Source of the DNA: a virus
Lineage: Duplodnaviria; Caudoviricetes
Direction: 5' to 3' (one strand)
IMG/VR virus record: IMGVR_UViG_3300037461_001180
Span: 1 to 45,078 of that record
DNA length: 45,078 bases
Below are positions 17,538 to 26,216 of the stretch, piece after piece (position 1 is the stretch's first letter; each line of letters starts with the position of its first letter). Below the pieces are notes generated by a model. It saw nothing but the letters and a program-made list of their open reading frames with translations. It had not been told where the DNA came from and made no database searches. A program made the translations under genes and the position numbers.

Positions 17538-19301
17538 ATGCCCACTGCTGAACTGACTGGCTACGCGGATGTGCAAGCCGTAATTGATGCGCTGGACAAG
17601 GCCGGGACGGCAATTCAGTCCGACACTACTGGCATCGCCGGCGCGGATCGGGTGACCAATATCATCTCGCTGACTCAAGCGGAATACGATGCGATTACGC
17701 CGGATGCCGCAACCCTCTATGTGATTACTGACGAAAATCGTGTGTATTTAGGTGCCGACTGCGTTTCTGACTTTGAGGAGATAGACTATAGCATTGGTGT
17801 TGCTGGTGCCCAGGGCTTTGGTGTAGGAATTTATCCTACGGAATTACCAACCGGCTTTTCCGCCATGGTCGGCACCTTCGATCCAGCCAGCGACAATTAT
17901 GGCAATTACCAGTACAGCGACGGCAGCGTCATGTGCTGGATTCCGCGCTTCTACTATCGCATCGGCGCGGCGGCATCGGCCCGCTATGCCACCTATGGCG
18001 CCAACGCCATCGATATCGCGGGCGTGGATACCTACGCCACGACGGCGCTGGCCAACGCGGCGGGCTTTGCCCTGCATCGCGCCTTCATTGACGGCGGCGC
18101 CGAGAAGGCGGGCTTTTTCTTCGATAAGTACGAGTGCAGCAACAACAGCGGCATCGCCAGCTCGCTCAAAAACGGCAATCCGCTCAGCACCGCCGCCGCC
18201 CACAACCCCATCGCCAGCCTGACCGGCAACGGCCAGACAGTAGCCAACAATGATGGCGGCTGCATCAACGCCGCCAAAACGCGCGGCAACGATTTCCACT
18301 GCATTTCCCGCTTCCAATGGGCGGCCCTGGCCCTGCTCGCCACCGCCCACGGCCAGGCTGCCACTAGCGCCACCTATTGCGCTTGGTACAACGCCGCGCT
18401 GACCACCAACTTCCCCAAGGGCAACAACAATAACGCCCTCAAGGATACCAACGACACCGCCGTGGTCTGGCAAAGCGACGGCTACTCCAACTGCGGCAAG
18501 ACGGGTTCGGCCGGCTACGGCGGCGGGGCCGGTAACGTCTTCGCCAAAAGCACGCACAACGGCCAGAACTGCGGCGTGGCCGATCTCAATGGCAATATGT
18601 GGGAGGTCACGATTGGCATGACCTGCATTGCCGCCAGCCAGACGATCGCCGGCGCCACTCAAGCCAATCCCTGCGAGATCACCATCGCCGGCCATGGCTA
18701 TGCGAACGGCGATGTGGTGATGATCACCTCCGCCGGTGGCATGACGCAGCTCAACAATAAGCTCTACACCGTCACCAAAACAGGGGATGACACCTTCACC
18801 CTCGATGGCGTGGACAGCTCCGCCTTCACCGCCTGGACCACTGGCGGCAGTGTGACCAAGGGGGCCTTCTACGTCGCCAAAGAAGCGACGGCCATGAAAG
18901 CCTTTACGAGTGGCAACAGCGGGGCCACCGATCACTGGGGCGCTACCGGCGTGGCGGCGATGATGGACGCGCTCACCCCCGCCTTTGCGACTACCAGTGG
19001 GGCAAACGGCATCGCCCAGCGTTACGGCAACAGCACCAACCAAGTGCTCGAAGAAGAGACCAGCGGCAATGCCTGGCTACTGACCGGCCTGGGCTTACCC
19101 AAGGCGGCCGGCATGAGTACGGGCGGCAGTAGCTTATTCGGGGTAGATTACTATTACCAATATGTACGCAACGAGCTGTGCCTGCTCTCGGGCGGGGACT
19201 GGAACGACACGTCCAATGCGGGCGCGTGGAGCCTGTACCTGTACAACGATCGCGCGCACTCCGGTGCGGGCATTGGTCTTCGTTGCGCTGCCTATGTCTG
19301 A
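17538..19301 (+). CDS. DGR target receptor-binding protein (Mtd-like CLec/FGE fold with C-terminal VR)
   Basis: 'FFFDKYECS', 'ADLNGNMWE', C-terminal 'GGDWNDTSNAG...IGLRCA'; N-terminal 'LTQAEYDAI...TLYVI' tail motif; followed by a hairpin and avd. Confidence 0.88.
   Translation: MPTAELTGYADVQAVIDALDKAGTAIQSDTTGIAGADRVTNIISLTQAEYDAITPDAATLYVITDENRVYLGADCVSDFEEIDYSIGVAGAQGFGVGIYPTELPTGFSAMVGTFDPASDNYGNYQYSDGSVMCWIPRFYYRIGAAASARYATYGANAIDIAGVDTYATTALANAAGFALHRAFIDGGAEKAGFFFDKYECSNNSGIASSLKNGNPLSTAAAHNPIASLTGNGQTVANNDGGCINAAKTRGNDFHCISRFQWAALALLATAHGQAATSATYCAWYNAALTTNFPKGNNNNALKDTNDTAVVWQSDGYSNCGKTGSAGYGGGAGNVFAKSTHNGQNCGVADLNGNMWEVTIGMTCIAASQTIAGATQANPCEITIAGHGYANGDVVMITSAGGMTQLNNKLYTVTKTGDDTFTLDGVDSSAFTAWTTGGSVTKGAFYVAKEATAMKAFTSGNSGATDHWGATGVAAMMDALTPAFATTSGANGIAQRYGNSTNQVLEEETSGNAWLLTGLGLPKAAGMSTGGSSLFGVDYYYQYVRNELCLLSGGDWNDTSNAGAWSLYLYNDRAHSGAGIGLRCAAYV
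19185..19301 (+). repeat. DGR variable region (VR) with presumed IMH at its 3' end; no cognate TR in the window
   Basis: NNY codons (GAC, AAC, GAC, AAT, AGC, TAC, TAC, AAC, GAT, CAC, GGT, GGC) alternate with scaffold residues, at positions expected to be AAY in a TR. Confidence 0.75.
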
Positions 19302-19307
19302 ATGTTC

Positions 19308-19327
19308 GTCCGCGCGATAGCGCGGAC
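19308..19327 (+). promoter_or_regulatory. DGR target-recognition hairpin/cruciform
   Basis: Perfect 8-bp stem GTCCGCGC / GCGCGGAC with a GATA (GRNA) loop, 6 nt after the target stop codon. Confidence 0.85.
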
Positions 19328-19349
19328 CTAAGCCGCCAAAACAGAAACC

Positions 19350-19664
19350 ATGGGTCTGCATAGCGCCGCGATTCTTGATAAGAAATACATTGACATGCTT
19401 AAGCTGTTGAACATCTATCTAAACCATTTTCCGCGACATGAAAAGTACGGCCTGGCATTGCGCATTCGCAATACGGCTTATGGCCTGTATGATCTGATTG
19501 TGGAAGGCCAAAAGCGGTATTACAAAAAGACGACGCTGACCCAGATGGATATCGCCCATGAGCAATTACGCATGCAACTGCGTTTAGCGCACGAGCTGGG
19601 CTATATCACCTGCGAGAGGCCCGATTTGATCCCCTATTTACCCCACTACGAGGCGCGGTCATGA
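19350..19664 (+). pseudogene. avd: DGR accessory variability determinant (Avd), apparently lacking its last helix
   Basis: 'LNHFPRHEKYGLALRIRN...KKTTLTQMDIAHEQLR...LAHELGYI' covers helices 1-3; the usual terminal 'E.G.MIGGW' helix is replaced by TCERPDLIPYLPHYEARS. Confidence 0.8.
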
Positions 19665-20122
19665 GCGATACCACCATCCACCGCTACCAGCCAGTCATCA
19701 CGCCTGGCCCTGCCGGCACCGATCACCGCCCCAGCGGGCCAGACGGCGAGGGGTATCAGGAGACCCTGACCGAACTCTGCACCCTCGATGGCTGGCGCTA
19801 TGTCAGCGTGCCTGGCGGCGTCACCGTGACCGTTCCTGCCGCCCTGGCTACCTGGGAGGCAGTGACACCGGATGCCGCCCTGCGGGAGCGCATCAAGGCG
19901 GAAAGCCCACACGCCCAACTGATCGCCGAGCGGGTTATCGCGCAGATTCGCGCCATCTATCCGCTGGACGAGGAACTGTACTTTGCCCGCATCGCCGTCG
20001 GCGCCTTGCTAGGCACTTACACCCTATTGGATGGCGAGGCGGAGGCCCTGGCGCAGTACCAAGGCGCGGTCGAGACTGCCCGCGAATGGGGCCGCACCGA
20101 GCGGGCCAAGCTGGGGCTGTAG
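19661..20122 (+). CDS. Hypothetical protein, possible fibre assembly chaperone
   Basis: GAGG RBS and ATGA overlap; C-terminal 'IRAIYPLDEE...AREWGRTERAKLGL' resembles fibre-assembly proteins. Confidence 0.7.
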   Translation: MSDTTIHRYQPVITPGPAGTDHRPSGPDGEGYQETLTELCTLDGWRYVSVPGGVTVTVPAALATWEAVTPDAALRERIKAESPHAQLIAERVIAQIRAIYPLDEELYFARIAVGALLGTYTLLDGEAEALAQYQGAVETAREWGRTERAKLGL

Positions 20123-20123
20123 C

Positions 20124-20594
20124 GTGAGCAAAGCCGAAATCCTGGAGCTGCAACGGCGCCTGAACGAGGTGGGCCTGGCCTATCTCGTGCTGGGCGAGCC
20201 GCTGGCGGAGGACGGGATTTATGGGCCGAATACGGATCGGGTTTATACCGAATGGCTGGACAGGGATCACGTCATGCCGTCCGTCACGCCCGAGCCGGCC
20301 AAACCCTGGTGGCAGTCCCGCGCCATTATCGGCCTGTTGACGGTTGGCCTGGCCTGGGTGGCGGGCAAAATGGGATGGCTGATTGATGACGAACAGATCA
20401 CGCAAATCCTGCTGGCCGTGCTGGAAGCCGTCGGCCTTATCGTGGCCGCCATCGGCACCATCCGCCGCCAGGCGCCCATTGATCCGACTCTCGTTGCTCG
20501 TTTGCCTGGCCGCGGCGATGTGCGGCTGCCAGTGTTACCCCACCGCGAAAATAGGACTGGCACAGGGCGAGATCCTGGGCCTTTCGGTTTCTGA
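20124..20594 (+). CDS. Peptidoglycan-binding domain fused to a holin-like membrane region
   Basis: 'LQRRLNEVG...LAEDGIYGPNT' (PG_binding_1-like), then 'KPWWQSRAII' and two hydrophobic helices. Confidence 0.7.
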   Translation: MSKAEILELQRRLNEVGLAYLVLGEPLAEDGIYGPNTDRVYTEWLDRDHVMPSVTPEPAKPWWQSRAIIGLLTVGLAWVAGKMGWLIDDEQITQILLAVLEAVGLIVAAIGTIRRQAPIDPTLVARLPGRGDVRLPVLPHRENRTGTGRDPGPFGF

Positions 20595-20634
20595 TTACCT
20601 GTTTGGCATTAAATGCCAGGATATTGTGAAATGA
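20479..20634 (+). CDS. Overlapping small lipoprotein (o-spanin-like candidate)
   Basis: TTG start in the +1 frame: MIRLSLLVCLAAAMCGC... resembles a lipoprotein signal; stop overlaps the next ATG (ATGA). Confidence 0.5.
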   Translation: MIRLSLLVCLAAAMCGCQCYPTAKIGLAQGEILGLSVSDYLFGIKCQDIVK

Positions 20635-20873
20635 ACGCTCTGATGATTCTGTCCACCGTACTTCAACTGATTCCCGCCATCATTGCCGCCATCAAGGCGA
20701 TTGAGGAGGTAATCCCTGGCGAGGGCAAGGGCGAGCTCAAATTGCGCGCCATCCGCGAGATTATCGATGGGGTTTACGATAAAGCGGCGGCGATCTGGCC
20801 GGCGATTGAGAAGACCATCGGGATTTTGGTCGGCGTATTTAATACCGTAGGCGTCTTTCAAAAGGGCAAGTAA
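20631..20873 (+). CDS. Small holin-like amphipathic protein
   Basis: Hydrophobic N-terminus, 'GKGELKL'; lysis-cluster context. Confidence 0.6.
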   Translation: MNALMILSTVLQLIPAIIAAIKAIEEVIPGEGKGELKLRAIREIIDGVYDKAAAIWPAIEKTIGILVGVFNTVGVFQKGK

Positions 20874-20876
20874 CCC

Positions 20877-20972
20877 ATGCGCAGCCTCAAGCACTGCTGC
20901 CTCGCCATTGCCGAGGGCGCCATCGTTGGCTACCTTACGGCAGCCGCCTGGTTCGTCGCCAGTGGATTCTAG
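20877..20972 (+). CDS. 31-aa membrane peptide
   Basis: MRSLKHCCLAIAEGAIVGYLTAAAWFVASGF; starts 3 nt after the upstream stop. Confidence 0.35.
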   Translation: MRSLKHCCLAIAEGAIVGYLTAAAWFVASGF

Positions 20973-21273
20973 TGACGACATTACGCGCGGCGCGCTGGTG
21001 CGCTATCACGAACTGTCTATCCAGCTCGCCGCGCTGCGCCAGGAGATGGCCGACCTGCATGAACACTGCCACTTCGTCAAGGAGTGGATGCGGACGGACG
21101 AGGAGCGCAGCCGCTGGTTCTATGCCGTTGAGTCCGACCTGCGCGAAATCGTCGAATCGACTCGCTACCTTAAACGAAGTCGGCGCATCATCGGCTGGCT
21201 CATCGGCGCTACGATGGGCGCCCTTATGTTCTGGGAGACGGTTGTCGTGTGGGTTAGGGAGCATGTGAAATGA
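20962..21273 (+). CDS. Coiled-coil protein with C-terminal TM helix (holin-like); start uncertain
   Basis: Coiled coil followed by 'IIGWLIGATMGALMFW'; stop overlaps the next gene. Confidence 0.6.
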   Translation: MDSSDDITRGALVRYHELSIQLAALRQEMADLHEHCHFVKEWMRTDEERSRWFYAVESDLREIVESTRYLKRSRRIIGWLIGATMGALMFWETVVVWVREHVK

Positions 21274-21539
21274 GTACAGTCAGCGTCCATCGAGTGAGCT
21301 TCTGGCTACTCGTTGCCTTTTGCGCCATCCTCAGCCTAGCCGTCATCAATCTGCTGTTCTTCGCTGGCCAAGGCCGGCGCTTTACCGCTGAGGACGGCGA
21401 CCGTGACCGGGCTGCCCGCATCTCCGCCGACCTGCTGGAGCGGAAGGAACGCCAGGAGGGTGACAGACTCTGCATGGAGCGCATCGGCGCCGTCGAGAAG
21501 GTGATCGCCAGCATGGCCACCAGCGGGAGCACGCAATGA
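21270..21539 (+). CDS. Membrane-anchored protein with coiled coil (i-spanin-like topology)
   Basis: N-terminal TM helix, then a charged helix with one Cys; adjacent to the endolysin. Confidence 0.55.
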   Translation: MSTVSVHRVSFWLLVAFCAILSLAVINLLFFAGQGRRFTAEDGDRDRAARISADLLERKERQEGDRLCMERIGAVEKVIASMATSGSTQ

Positions 21540-22078
21540 TCCAGACCCAACCCCTGTGCTGGGGCGCGAAAGTCAGCCAGCCTTTTCGGGACCGGCTCTA
21601 CCGTTTGTGTGCTGAACTGGACTGGTCCGAGAAGCACGCGAGTTGGCTCATGGCCTGTATGGCTTTCGAGACCGGGCGGACCTTCAGCCCCTCCATCAAA
21701 AACCCAGGTTCCTCGGCTACTGGCTTGATCCAGTTCATGGACGCGACGGCGCGGGGCCTGGGCACGAGCACGGCGGCATTGGCCAAGTTAACTGCCGTGG
21801 GGCAGTTGAACTGGGTTGAGAGATACTTCATGACAAACGCCCATCGCGTCAACTCACTCGAAGACATGTACATGGCCATTCTGTGGCCCAAAGCGATTGG
21901 CAAGTCTCTTGACCACGTGTTATGGGCCAAGGGGGCGCCTGCGTTTGCCGTAAACCGCGGGCTGGACCTGGACAAGAACGGGGCGGTGACAAAGCGCGAG
22001 GCGTCTGCCAAGGTGCGACAGCTCTACGCGGAGGGAATGCTGCCGAACAACGTCTGGATTACTGGGGGGTTCGTGTGA
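21536..22078 (+). CDS. Endolysin, lytic transglycosylase/lysozyme-like fold
   Basis: 'WLMACMAFETG' (catalytic Glu), 'SATGLIQFM', 'QLNWVERYF', 'DMYMAILWP', 'GLDLDKNGAVT'. Confidence 0.88.
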   Translation: MIQTQPLCWGAKVSQPFRDRLYRLCAELDWSEKHASWLMACMAFETGRTFSPSIKNPGSSATGLIQFMDATARGLGTSTAALAKLTAVGQLNWVERYFMTNAHRVNSLEDMYMAILWPKAIGKSLDHVLWAKGAPAFAVNRGLDLDKNGAVTKREASAKVRQLYAEGMLPNNVWITGGFV

Positions 22079-22083
22079 GCCCC

Positions 22084-22426
22084 ATGCTGCCCGACCCTCG
22101 CCGCCCCACGCGCCCCGATTGGGACCTGATGGCCTTTGGTCTGGCCACGGTTGGCGCCATCGTCTGCGTCCTGCTGGCGCTGATGGGGGTCGGCCAATGA
22201 AGTGCCCGTCCGAGCTGAGGATGGTTGGCCTGCTGGTGGTATTTGCCGCCATGTGGATTGCCATCCTCAGCATCGTGGCGGGACTGGGCTTGCTGACGGA
22301 CTGGGTACTGTCGTGACGGTCGAGCGGTTCGCCTGGGGGGTGGTTGACGCGGCGGTGTGGGTGGTGGCGGTGTTGACAGCCGCAGTATTGATAGAGCTGG
22401 CGTGGTATCTTCTGCGCAGCGCATAA
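22084..22426 (+). CDS. Three overlapping ~38-aa single-TM peptides (22084-22200, 22197-22316, 22313-22426)
   Basis: Each has one hydrophobic helix; chained by ATGA/GTGA overlaps. Confidence 0.55.
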
Positions 22427-22447
22427 CAAGGGTGGGTCATCCCCGAC

Positions 22448-24868
22448 ATGAAATTCGCCGTCAAGTCGTTCACTGGGGTCGCACCCAAGGCTAACGCCCG
22501 CTACCTGGCTGAGGGCGGGGCGCAGAAAGCCTTGAATGTCGAAGCCTTTGGTCAGACGCTTAAGCCTCTGCGGGGGTACAGCGACGCGGTGACGACCGTC
22601 CCGGACGGCACCCAGTCTGTATACCGCTACGGCCAAAGCGAGACAGAGGAGGCGAAATACTGGCTGGCTTGGCCCGGTGACGTGGACGTGTGCCGGAGCC
22701 AGATCGCAAACGACACGAACGAGTGGACATTCATCACGGATGGGGCGTACCCCAAGGCGACTAACAGCGCCACACTGCAAGATGACTTACTGCCGGCGGT
22801 ACATGAGTGGGTGCGCTTGGGTTTACCTACCGCGACCCCTGCTGCCACGGCGGCGGTTACCGAGCGTGGCCCCTGCATTTCCGTCGGTAAGGAGACGTGG
22901 GGATTGTTTTCCACGGCGATTGGTTTGACCATCGCCACGACTGGCGGGGTAGTCTCAAGCACAGCGGTCACGCTGACGGATGTGTCCAACGCGGCGGCTA
23001 TCGCCACCGCCATCAACACAGCTTTCTCGGGTACCGGGTACGTCCTCGCCATTGCTAGTGGCGACTTGCTTCGGTTGTTTGGTAGTGTTGCCCTGAAATC
23101 ATCCACCTTGTCTCTGGGGTGGACCACCGCCACCAACATCATCCTGTACGCCAGCTTCCGCTATAATTTCTTCGCTAACTCCTATTACCTACTAAAGGTT
23201 TCTGGGGCCACGTGGGGAACGTGGACCACTTCGACGGTACTGACCTTCACCGGCGCGGCGTTTACTCTTGGCAATGTTACGGTATCCCTCCCAAGCGTAG
23301 CCTCGGCAAACACCATACGCGATCGCATCATCACCGTGTTTGAAGCGGCTGGGTATGATTGTGGCACCGCTGCTGGAGACGAGTTCAACGTCTACACCAG
23401 TGGTAGTGATATTTACGTCAAAACAGCGGAGTCTTTGTTTCCCAAGATGTTCGAGGTGCGATGGCCCGGATCGTCGCCCGCGTCGATAACAGCGACCTGG
23501 AAAGAAGAGATACCCGAGTCACGGGCCTATACCTGGACGTGGGTTAGTACCATCGACAATTTATCTATGGAGTCAGGGGCCGCGCCCCCCTCCAAGGTGG
23601 TCGATCTTCCGCCCTTGACAAGCTATGTCACACTGACTGGGTTGCCAGCAAGCGTTGATAGCACTCAAAACATCCTGGTGACGCACAAACGCATATACCG
23701 CACCGCCGGGTCGGATTACCTCTTTGTGGCCGAAATAGATGGCCAGGCGACGACGTTTACAGATGCGCTGCTGGCCGAGGACTTGGGTGAGCTGTTACCC
23801 GAGGCGGCGACCTCTGCAATGCCCCCGGACGGTTTGCTCGGTTTGACGAGCCTCCCCAACGGGTTGTTGGCGGGCTTCCTCAACCAGGACATCTACTTCT
23901 CCCTGATGTACCGGCCCTACGCCTGGCCTGTGGCCTACATGCAAGCGGTCGATTTCCCTATTGTTGGCTTGGGGGCTATCGACACCACGCTGGTTGTGTT
24001 GACTACCGGCAACCCGTACTTTATTCAGGGGTCTTCGCCGGGCAGCATGGTGGTGGTCAAGGCCGACCTGGACCAGGCGTGCGTCAGTAAGCGGTCCATC
24101 GTCTCCATGGGTGGCGGCGTGCTGTATGCCAGTCCGGACGGACTGGTGCTGCTGTCCACGGCGGGTTCGCGGGTGGTTACGGCTGATCGCTTTTCCCGGG
24201 AAGACTGGCAGAAGCTCAACCCCACGACGATTCATGCGTATGGGCATGACCTGCGCTATGTCGCCTTTCATAACGCGGACCCGGACGGGGCGACGGGGTT
24301 CGTTTACGACATTGCCAGTGGCGAGTTTATCAAGCACACCCTGACCGCCACGGCGGGCTATCAGGACTTGCGCAACGACGCCCTGTATGTGGCCACGCCG
24401 GGCGACGCCGTGGTGAAGTGGGGCCAGGGCAATCGGTTGACTGGGGTGTGGCGCTCGAAGAAGGCCACCATGCCACACACGACCAGCTTTGCCTCTGCCC
24501 AAGTCGAAGCGGAAGCCTACGGTGTTTGTGTGATTTCGGGAGCTATTGACCCGGATTACACCACGTCGGCAGCGTGCGCGGCGGCGGGTTACTGCACCAT
24601 CGGCGGTGAAGTAGACCTCACCAAGACCACCTCCGCGGCGTGTACCGGAGCAAGCGGTACCTGGACCTCTTACAACGGGACCTGGACCTACCCGAGTCTG
24701 GAGGTCTACATGGATGGGACCCTGGTACATACGCAGACGGTGACTTCGCGTAACCCGTTCCGCCTGCCCGCCACACCGGGGCGTGACGTGGAGCTGGAAC
24801 TGGATACGTGCAGCGAAGTTTTCAGTATCGCCCTGGCGCACTCCCACGCGGAGCTGTTCGATGACTAA
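22448..24868 (+). CDS. Tail tubular protein B / nozzle-like protein with inserted modules
   Basis: 'WLAWPGDVDVCRS', 'ESRAYTWTWV', 'KRIYRT', 'RPYAWP', 'ACVSKRSIV', 'YASPDGLV', 'WRSK', 'PFRLP'. Confidence 0.75.
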   Translation: MKFAVKSFTGVAPKANARYLAEGGAQKALNVEAFGQTLKPLRGYSDAVTTVPDGTQSVYRYGQSETEEAKYWLAWPGDVDVCRSQIANDTNEWTFITDGAYPKATNSATLQDDLLPAVHEWVRLGLPTATPAATAAVTERGPCISVGKETWGLFSTAIGLTIATTGGVVSSTAVTLTDVSNAAAIATAINTAFSGTGYVLAIASGDLLRLFGSVALKSSTLSLGWTTATNIILYASFRYNFFANSYYLLKVSGATWGTWTTSTVLTFTGAAFTLGNVTVSLPSVASANTIRDRIITVFEAAGYDCGTAAGDEFNVYTSGSDIYVKTAESLFPKMFEVRWPGSSPASITATWKEEIPESRAYTWTWVSTIDNLSMESGAAPPSKVVDLPPLTSYVTLTGLPASVDSTQNILVTHKRIYRTAGSDYLFVAEIDGQATTFTDALLAEDLGELLPEAATSAMPPDGLLGLTSLPNGLLAGFLNQDIYFSLMYRPYAWPVAYMQAVDFPIVGLGAIDTTLVVLTTGNPYFIQGSSPGSMVVVKADLDQACVSKRSIVSMGGGVLYASPDGLVLLSTAGSRVVTADRFSREDWQKLNPTTIHAYGHDLRYVAFHNADPDGATGFVYDIASGEFIKHTLTATAGYQDLRNDALYVATPGDAVVKWGQGNRLTGVWRSKKATMPHTTSFASAQVEAEAYGVCVISGAIDPDYTTSAACAAAGYCTIGGEVDLTKTTSAACTGASGTWTSYNGTWTYPSLEVYMDGTLVHTQTVTSRNPFRLPATPGRDVELELDTCSEVFSIALAHSHAELFDD

Positions 24869-25625
24869 TAGCCGTCTGCCAAGTGTAGTATCGTCGATCC
24901 CGCCAGACCTGAGAGCGTTTATAGAGCGGGTGCGCGAGTACCTGTCTCAACCCATCACCAGCGTGGCGAAGGACACGATTGGCACGGCGAACCTAATGAA
25001 CGGGGCCGTTGTCCAGGACAAGATCGCCACGGGGGCGGTCCTGGCGGAGAAGATCGCCAAGGATGCGGTGACGACGGACAAACTGGCAGACGGTGCGGCA
25101 ACGACGGATAAAATTGGCGACCTGCCAGCGAGCAAAATCACGTCTGGCACCTTCGACGCGGCGCGAATTCCTTCTCTTGACGCGAGCAAGACCACCACAG
25201 GCACGTTCGCCTTGGCGCTGTTGCCGCAGGTGTGCGACGTGATTGTGTCGGGTACCGACACAGACACCATCTCAGGCACGTACAACGACATGGTTTCCGT
25301 GACTACAACAGGTGTGTCATCTAGTACCAAAGTGCTGATTGTTGGAATTGTTACCGGGTACGCGGCACGGCCATCCGGGACCAATGGATTTGGCCTAATC
25401 GCGCGGCTCCGCAGGGGCGCGTCCACGGTGCTGGTAAATGATCAATACGTGGCCTATGCGGCAGGTGGCGCGAGCGGTAATCTTACTGCCGGTGGCAGCC
25501 GCGTCATCCTTTACGTAGAAACCATTAGCAGCGCCCAGACCTACTACCTGGACGCGAGGTACAACGGTGACGCAAACTCTGGCGGTTGCACCGATGCGTC
25601 CCTTTTTATCTTCCGTCTCCGCTGA
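24861..25625 (+). CDS. Short tail fibre/needle-like protein
   Basis: 10-aa 'AVTTDKLADG' repeats and 'LPASKITSGT/LDASKTTTGT' repeats, then a beta-sandwich tip. Confidence 0.7.
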   Translation: MTNSRLPSVVSSIPPDLRAFIERVREYLSQPITSVAKDTIGTANLMNGAVVQDKIATGAVLAEKIAKDAVTTDKLADGAATTDKIGDLPASKITSGTFDAARIPSLDASKTTTGTFALALLPQVCDVIVSGTDTDTISGTYNDMVSVTTTGVSSSTKVLIVGIVTGYAARPSGTNGFGLIARLRRGASTVLVNDQYVAYAAGGASGNLTAGGSRVILYVETISSAQTYYLDARYNGDANSGGCTDASLFIFRLR

Positions 25626-26215
25626 TGAACCTGGCCGACCTTCTTTGGCGCAATCAGGGCCAGGTTCTGACCCCGGAGCTGATTCTCGGGCTGACCCACG
25701 CCCACGCGGCGATTGATCGCCTGGCCACCGGCGAGCCCCCCCACCCGTTGGATGGCCCCTGGGTAGCGGCGCCTAATCTGCGCCCTTCCATTCGGCGCCT
25801 AGTGCTGGACGAGCATGAACGCGTGGCTGCCTGGGTAGCAGAGCAAGCGAATTGCAGCGTACACGCCTGGGCTGGTTACGTCTGCCTGGGTCTGGAGGTT
25901 GACGGCAGCCTGACTGCTGGGGTGGTGTTGGAGTCTTTCACCGGGCGCGGGGCAAACATCCATGTCGCTGGTGTCGGCAAGTATTGGCTCAACCGCAACT
26001 GGCTATACTCCACTTTCCATTATTGCTTCAATGTTTTACACTTAAAGCGTCTCACTGGCTTGGTGCCAGCTTCTAACCAGGCGGCGCTAGACTTCGACCA
26101 GCACATCGGTTTCCAGTATGAGGCCACGCTGCGCGACGGGGCAGAAGACGGTGACTTGATTATCCTACGGATGCGGCCTGAAGACTGCCGCTACTTACCA
26201 CAAGTGGAGCACTGA
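25625..26215 (+). CDS. GNAT-family acetyltransferase-like phage protein
   Basis: 'LKRLTGLVPASNQAAL..DQHIGFQYEATLR' matches the RimJ-type GNAT pattern. Confidence 0.8.
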   Translation: MNLADLLWRNQGQVLTPELILGLTHAHAAIDRLATGEPPHPLDGPWVAAPNLRPSIRRLVLDEHERVAAWVAEQANCSVHAWAGYVCLGLEVDGSLTAGVVLESFTGRGANIHVAGVGKYWLNRNWLYSTFHYCFNVLHLKRLTGLVPASNQAALDFDQHIGFQYEATLRDGAEDGDLIILRMRPEDCRYLPQVEH

Positions 26216-26216
26216 C

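Noticed and set aside
18405-18460. AAC-rich stretch as the missing DGR template repeat
   Set aside because: It encodes NFPKGNNNNA inside the target gene and does not align with the VR.
19302-19700. A complete, active DGR
   Set aside because: No RT ORF and no adenine-variant copy of the VR was found by eye in this window; both could still lie outside it.
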